A stretch of DNA of 64,000 nt. Source: Candidatus Cryptobacteroides faecavium (GTDB taxonomy: Bacteria > Bacteroidota > Bacteroidia > Bacteroidales > UBA932). Positions 59,416-64,000 of this stretch are shown piece by piece; the stretch's first letter is position 1, and each line of letters begins with the position of its first letter. A program made the translations under genes and the position numbers. The notes below the pieces were generated by a model. The model did not search any database. It was not told the origin of the DNA and was given only the letters and a program-made list of their open reading frames with translations. The DNA lies in contig JADIMB010000042.1 in assembly GCA_017694995.1 (NCBI GenBank), positions 3,790 through 67,789 of the forward strand, written 5' to 3'.

Positions 59416-61086
59416 CTACTCGCCGCCAGTCCAGAGTTTGAGCAGGCCGGAAGGGTCAGGATTGTTGTTGGAGTCGTTGATGGCGGTGTTCGCCTGGTAC
59501 TCAAGACGTGAAATGACTATATTCCACATAGGTGAAGGACCATCGGTATTGTACTGGTGCACTCCGGCATGGTTGGTGCCTGTATATCCGCGGGTTATGC
59601 CCTCCTGGAGCCTCTTGTAGTCATAGACCGTCACGCCCTCGCCCCAGAACTCGATCCTCTTCTGGAGGAGCATCTCGTCAGTGAAAGTCTCAAGGTCGGA
59701 AACCTTTGACGAGCAGTCATAGGAATTGCCGGCAGTCATCCTGTAGGTGTTCATGAATGTGTTGAGAAGCTGCACTGCGGCAGGCACACCCTGAGTGTGG
59801 GCTACAGCCTCCATCTCGATGAAGTACATCTCCTCGACGCGCATCACTACCACGTCCCCGGCGTTCCCCTCAGTGTAGTTGGTGGCATTGCCGTTTGCAG
59901 GACGGAACTTGATGGACTCGTACGGGAGGGCGCCTTCAAGATAGACCTGGGCATCCGCTGCTGTCCCTGCGAACTGGTAGTCTATCTCAGTGGAGCCGCC
60001 GAAGCCTGTCCAGTCCGGGTCGAGCCATGAGAGCTTCCTGAAGTCCCCCGGGGTGATGGCCTCGTATGTGGCCCTGTTGATTCCCAGGTGGCTGAGTGTG
60101 CCGTATCCCCACTGTGCCTCCATGCAGAGGTGGGCCACCCATGCGACGAGGTTGTTGTAGTTGTCGGAGGTCAAAGGCAGTCCCCAGATCCAGGAGTTGT
60201 TGGCTGATCCGTCATTAAATCCGGTCGTAGGGTCTGTCCACTGTGCTTCTGTCAGAGGGGTCTTGCCGCTGGTCTCGATTGCCTTGCGGGCATACTCGGC
60301 CGCGTTGGCGAACTGGGTTTCATCCCAGTAGCCCATCTCGAGATATGCCTTGGCCATGAGCCCGTAGACAGCAGCGAGAGTCGGCTGGGTGTACGGGTTC
60401 GATGTACCGGTAAGGTATGTCTCGGCATTCTTCAGATCCTCAAGGATGAAGGCGTACATCTCCTCCTTCGGGGCACGTGGGTTGTTCATGGACTCCTCCT
60501 CGGTGGTGGTCTCGCGGATGATAGGGACAGTCAGCCCCTGGATGGCGGACACATCGGTATATTTGTTGAGCACCGGCATATAAAGCCTTGCAAGGTCGAG
60601 GTAGAACATCGCCCTGTAGGCGTATGCCTGCCCGAGGTAGTTCAGCGCATCCGATGTCGCAGACTCCGGTATGATCGTGCTTATCACGTCATTGGCACCT
60701 TTGATCCACGGATAATAGCAGTCCCAGAAATACGAGCAAGGGATATAGGATGCGCCCATGTTCTGGTTCATGGCATAAGAGCCGGCCCAGTCATATCCAG
60801 GGTTGTCCGCCATGCAGGCCACATCCTCGAGCATGTGGTCTGTGCGCATGTGGATGGATGCGAGACCGAAATCAAGCTGGTCTCCGTAACGGCTGTAGTG
60901 CGCGGCCGTCCCGGCATTGACCAGCGATGTAGGGATGGCGTTTATCAGGGCAGCCACACCGGCATCCGATTTGGAGACCTGCGACTGGGTCTGGGTGCTT
61001 CCTTCCGGGAAAGTCTCCTCGATACACCCTGTTGCGAACAGGGAGACGGAAAGCACAGAAAGTGATTTGATCAGTATATTTCTCAT
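59416..61086 (-). CDS. SusD/RagB family lipoprotein
   Basis: Lipobox ATGC; GQAYAYRAMFY, MRVEEMYFIEMEA, QKRIEFWGEG. Confidence 0.93.
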   Translation of the reverse strand: MRNILIKSLSVLSVSLFATGCIEETFPEGSTQTQSQVSKSDAGVAALINAIPTSLVNAGTAAHYSRYGDQLDFGLASIHMRTDHMLEDVACMADNPGYDWAGSYAMNQNMGASYIPCSYFWDCYYPWIKGANDVISTIIPESATSDALNYLGQAYAYRAMFYLDLARLYMPVLNKYTDVSAIQGLTVPIIRETTTEEESMNNPRAPKEEMYAFILEDLKNAETYLTGTSNPYTQPTLAAVYGLMAKAYLEMGYWDETQFANAAEYARKAIETSGKTPLTEAQWTDPTTGFNDGSANNSWIWGLPLTSDNYNNLVAWVAHLCMEAQWGYGTLSHLGINRATYEAITPGDFRKLSWLDPDWTGFGGSTEIDYQFAGTAADAQVYLEGALPYESIKFRPANGNATNYTEGNAGDVVVMRVEEMYFIEMEAVAHTQGVPAAVQLLNTFMNTYRMTAGNSYDCSSKVSDLETFTDEMLLQKRIEFWGEGVTVYDYKRLQEGITRGYTGTNHAGVHQYNTDGPSPMWNIVISRLEYQANTAINDSNNNPDPSGLLKLWTGGE

Positions 61087-61106
61087 GATATTTTCCTGTT
61101 AGCAAT

Positions 61107-64000
61107 TTAGAATGTGATGTTTATGCCTCCTGAAAGGGTACGTATAGGAGAGTTCATATTGGCGTTGGTCGAGCCGTCGAAACTGTACCTCGGGTCAAGT
61201 CCCTGGCGTTTTGACCAGTACACGATATTGTCACAGGACACATACAGACGGAGCCTGCTCACATGGAATTTCCTGGTCAGGTGCTCAGGGAATGTATATC
61301 CCACCTGGGCATTCTGGAAGTTCAAGTAACTTGCATCAGTAAGGAACCTGTCTGATGTGGCGGTGATATCAGTGTCGTTGTACTGCCATCTCGGGACATC
61401 AGTGTTAGGGTTCTCAGGTGTCCATGCCTTGAGCACGTCCTTGTGGAAATTGCCTCCGACGGAGCCTCCCGGCACATCCATATAGCTTGCATATCCTGAG
61501 TCATATGTGAGGCCGCCGATAGAGTATGTGAAGGCGACCGCCACGTCGAATCCGTGGAACTGCAGGCTGGTCCCGAATCCTCCGTAGAGATCCGGTGTAG
61601 GGTCCTCGCAGAGATATTCAGTTGCCTCGCTGTACCTTGTGGTAGTGGTACGGCCGATCACGTTGCCTTCAGCGTCGAGTTCATCCTTGTACCACATCGG
61701 AAGACCTGTCGTGGCCTCGACCCCTGCATATTTCTGCATGAGGAACGTGTTGAGAGGAAGACCTTCTGCAATGAACTTGTTGCCGTTCGCATATCCGCTG
61801 TGGCCCTCGATCGTGCGGGTCTTGCGGTCGTCCGGGAGCATGATTATCTTGTTCTTGTAGTGGGTAAGGTTGGCATATACGTCCCAGTTGAGATCCTTGC
61901 TGCGGATGATCCCCGCGTTGAGGGATACCTCCACTCCGGAGTTCCTCATGTCACCGATATTGTCATAGTATCCGCTGTAGCCCACTGACACCGGGGTCGC
62001 GAAGAAGAAGAGCATGTCCGAAGTTAGCCTGTAGAAGTACTCTGCAGTACCTGAAAGGCGACCGCCCCAGAAACTGAAGTCCACACCGGCGTTGATGTTG
62101 GTGTTGGTCTCCCATGTGATGGTCTCGTTTCCTTTCTGGCGGAAAGTCACTGCAATCTCATCATTCGAATTGGCGATGGTGTAGGTGTCGGTATAGAGGT
62201 AGTTGCTGATGTTGTCGTTACCCTGCGATCCGATGGACGCCTTGACCTTGAGCATGTCCACCCATCCGGCATTGAACCACGGCTCCTCGTTTATCAGCCA
62301 GCCCGCACCGAATGACCAGAAATTACCCCAGCGGTGGTCCGGGTGGAACCTTGAGGATGCGTCGCGGCGGTATGATGCACTGAAGAACAGCTTGTTGGCA
62401 TAGTCATACTGTACTCTGGCGAAGTATCCCTCGTTGTTGTAGGAGTCCTTGGATGAGGAAGCCTGCTTGCCGTCGATAACGGCGCCGTTCAGCTCAAGGT
62501 TGTCCATCGAGAAGAGCTTGGTCTTGTAGGCACTCAGGGCATAGGATGTAGTCTGGTAGTTCTCGTGTCCGAGGAGGACGCCCACATGGTGTTTGCCGTT
62601 GAATGTCCTGTCCCAGTTGAGGAGCTGCTGCATGTTGAAGTAGAACCTGCGGTCATGCCCTTTCGAGAGGGTACCGCCGTCAGTCTCGAACTGCCCGTAG
62701 TACGGATTGCTCATGCTGGTAGAGCGAGTCTCGTCAAAGCCAACACCTACATTATAGGTGAACTTGAAGTCCCTGAGGAAGGTGACCTCCGCGAAGGCTG
62801 TACCGTTGAGGGCGTTTCCTTCGCTGTTGTTCACATTCAGGGTAGCTGTCTGGAGGGCGTTGGCATCCGGCTGTACAGGACGGCTCAGTCCGGCGTTGCG
62901 TGCATCACCGTAGTCGTACATCTTTAGCCCGTGCTCATCCACCATGATATTGCCGTTCCCGTCACGCATATAGACAGGGTAGATAGGGGCGATCCCGTTC
63001 GCAAAAGCGAAGATGTTGCCTGTTGAGGCGGTACCCTCGTCCCCGTTTCCGTTGTTCCAGTTGAAGTTGGTGTATCCCGCGTTAGCCCCGACCTTCAGCC
63101 ATTTCTTGGCCTGGTAGTCAGCCTTTATACGCGCGGTGTAGCGCTCCATGTCGGAACCGTCCACGATAGCCTGGTTGTTCAAGTATCCGAAGGAGGCGAA
63201 GAAGGAAGCACGTCCAGTGGTACCGGAAACGCTTATGTTGTACTCCTGTCGGAGTGACTGGCGGTATGCCTCGTCCACCCAGCTGTCAGGATAGAGCCAG
63301 AACTCCTGGCCGTTGTAGTTGACACGGCGTCCGAGGGTCGCATTAGGGTTGACCTTCCCGTTGGACCCGATGAATGCCTGTCCTTCCGGTACTGTATATA
63401 CGAGGTAACCCAGACCGCCGTTGGTGGCCGGCCCGGCCACATTGGCATTGGCCGTTGCATGCGCCTGGCTCGGGGACATCCCCTGGGCGTTTGTATAATA
63501 GTTATAAAGGGCGGCATAGTGCGTCTCATAGTACTGGGCAGGGTCCGTGATGTAGTCGTACTCCTTGAGGGCCTTGGTGTTCCAGCCCCATTTAGCGTCC
63601 ACATTCACGACAGCCTCACCGGCCTTAGCCTTCTTGGTGGTGATCATGATGACACCGTTCGCTCCACGCGCACCGTAGAGGGCGTTCGAAGCCGCATCCT
63701 TCAGGACGGTCATGGACTCGATGTCGGCAGGGTTTATATTGTTCAGGTCTCCCGAGTAAGGCACGCCGTCCACCACATAAAGAGGAGTGTTGCCGGCCGA
63801 TATCGAGCTGGCTCCACGGATCATGATGGAAGGGGATGTGCCGAGGGCTCCTGAAGAAGTGGTCATCTGGACACCGGCCACGACTCCTTCCAGGGACCTT
63901 GTCACGTCGGAGGACTGCACCTTGGCGATGTCAGAAGACTTCACCACTGTGGCAGACCCCGTGAAGGACTCCTTGGTACTGGTACCGAATGCCACCACGA
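61107..64000 (-). CDS. SusC/RagA family TonB-dependent transporter (5' end beyond right edge)
   Basis: VAFGTSTKESFTGS, LKDAASNALYGARGANGVIMITTK, RRDASSRF, C-terminal GGINITF. Confidence 0.96.
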   Translation of the reverse strand, partial: VVAFGTSTKESFTGSATVVKSSDIAKVQSSDVTRSLEGVVAGVQMTTSSGALGTSPSIMIRGASSISAGNTPLYVVDGVPYSGDLNNINPADIESMTVLKDAASNALYGARGANGVIMITTKKAKAGEAVVNVDAKWGWNTKALKEYDYITDPAQYYETHYAALYNYYTNAQGMSPSQAHATANANVAGPATNGGLGYLVYTVPEGQAFIGSNGKVNPNATLGRRVNYNGQEFWLYPDSWVDEAYRQSLRQEYNISVSGTTGRASFFASFGYLNNQAIVDGSDMERYTARIKADYQAKKWLKVGANAGYTNFNWNNGNGDEGTASTGNIFAFANGIAPIYPVYMRDGNGNIMVDEHGLKMYDYGDARNAGLSRPVQPDANALQTATLNVNNSEGNALNGTAFAEVTFLRDFKFTYNVGVGFDETRSTSMSNPYYGQFETDGGTLSKGHDRRFYFNMQQLLNWDRTFNGKHHVGVLLGHENYQTTSYALSAYKTKLFSMDNLELNGAVIDGKQASSSKDSYNNEGYFARVQYDYANKLFFSASYRRDASSRFHPDHRWGNFWSFGAGWLINEEPWFNAGWVDMLKVKASIGSQGNDNISNYLYTDTYTIANSNDEIAVTFRQKGNETITWETNTNINAGVDFSFWGGRLSGTAEYFYRLTSDMLFFFATPVSVGYSGYYDNIGDMRNSGVEVSLNAGIIRSKDLNWDVYANLTHYKNKIIMLPDDRKTRTIEGHSGYANGNKFIAEGLPLNTFLMQKYAGVEATTGLPMWYKDELDAEGNVIGRTTTTRYSEATEYLCEDPTPDLYGGFGTSLQFHGFDVAVAFTYSIGGLTYDSGYASYMDVPGGSVGGNFHKDVLKAWTPENPNTDVPRWQYNDTDITATSDRFLTDASYLNFQNAQVGYTFPEHLTRKFHVSRLRLYVSCDNIVYWSKRQGLDPRYSFDGSTNANMNSPIRTLSGGINITF

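Overview
Chromosomal segment of a fairly GC-rich Bacteroidales bacterium, inferred from SusC/SusD pairs, TAnnTTTG -7 promoters and the DUF4271-hemD-rnpA-yidD gene order. Left to right it holds: (1) a CAZyme region with a GH78 running off the edge, an orphan GH92 C-terminal remnant, GH43, and a GH92-SGNH-GH38-like-GH92 cluster next to a solitary AAA_14/DUF4143 ATPase; (2) an RsiV-like lipoprotein, an S9 peptidase, pgk and a methyltransferase; (3) a TPR-TM-HTH regulator/lipoprotein/beta-barrel islet beside tRNA-Ala(GGC); (4) a DUF2723 (TMEM260-like) membrane protein divergent from SUI1-DUF4271-hemD-rnpA-yidD-menG; (5) menA, GT2 and lepA; (6) a SusCD-propeller-sulfatase-GH2 PUL; (7) split transketolase, an ECF sigma module, trmN6, lolD, an AT-rich broken ORF, an MBL hydrolase, uvrA and a uridine-kinase-like gene; (8) a RagAB-like SusCD locus with an S8 protease. 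No CRISPR array, integrase, transposase or phage gene was seen. The most notable unexplained signals are three TTTCCT-N7-AGGAAA palindromes at exact 32-bp spacing over the ATPase promoter, a candidate sRNA with a CA-rich repeat between menA and GT2, the context of DUF2723 as a candidate protein O-glycosyltransferase, a 21-bp-period direct repeat and a G-quadruplex motif upstream of the mannosidase cluster, and a promoter hidden in the DUF4271 C-terminal motif. All family calls come from motif recognition by eye, not database searches.
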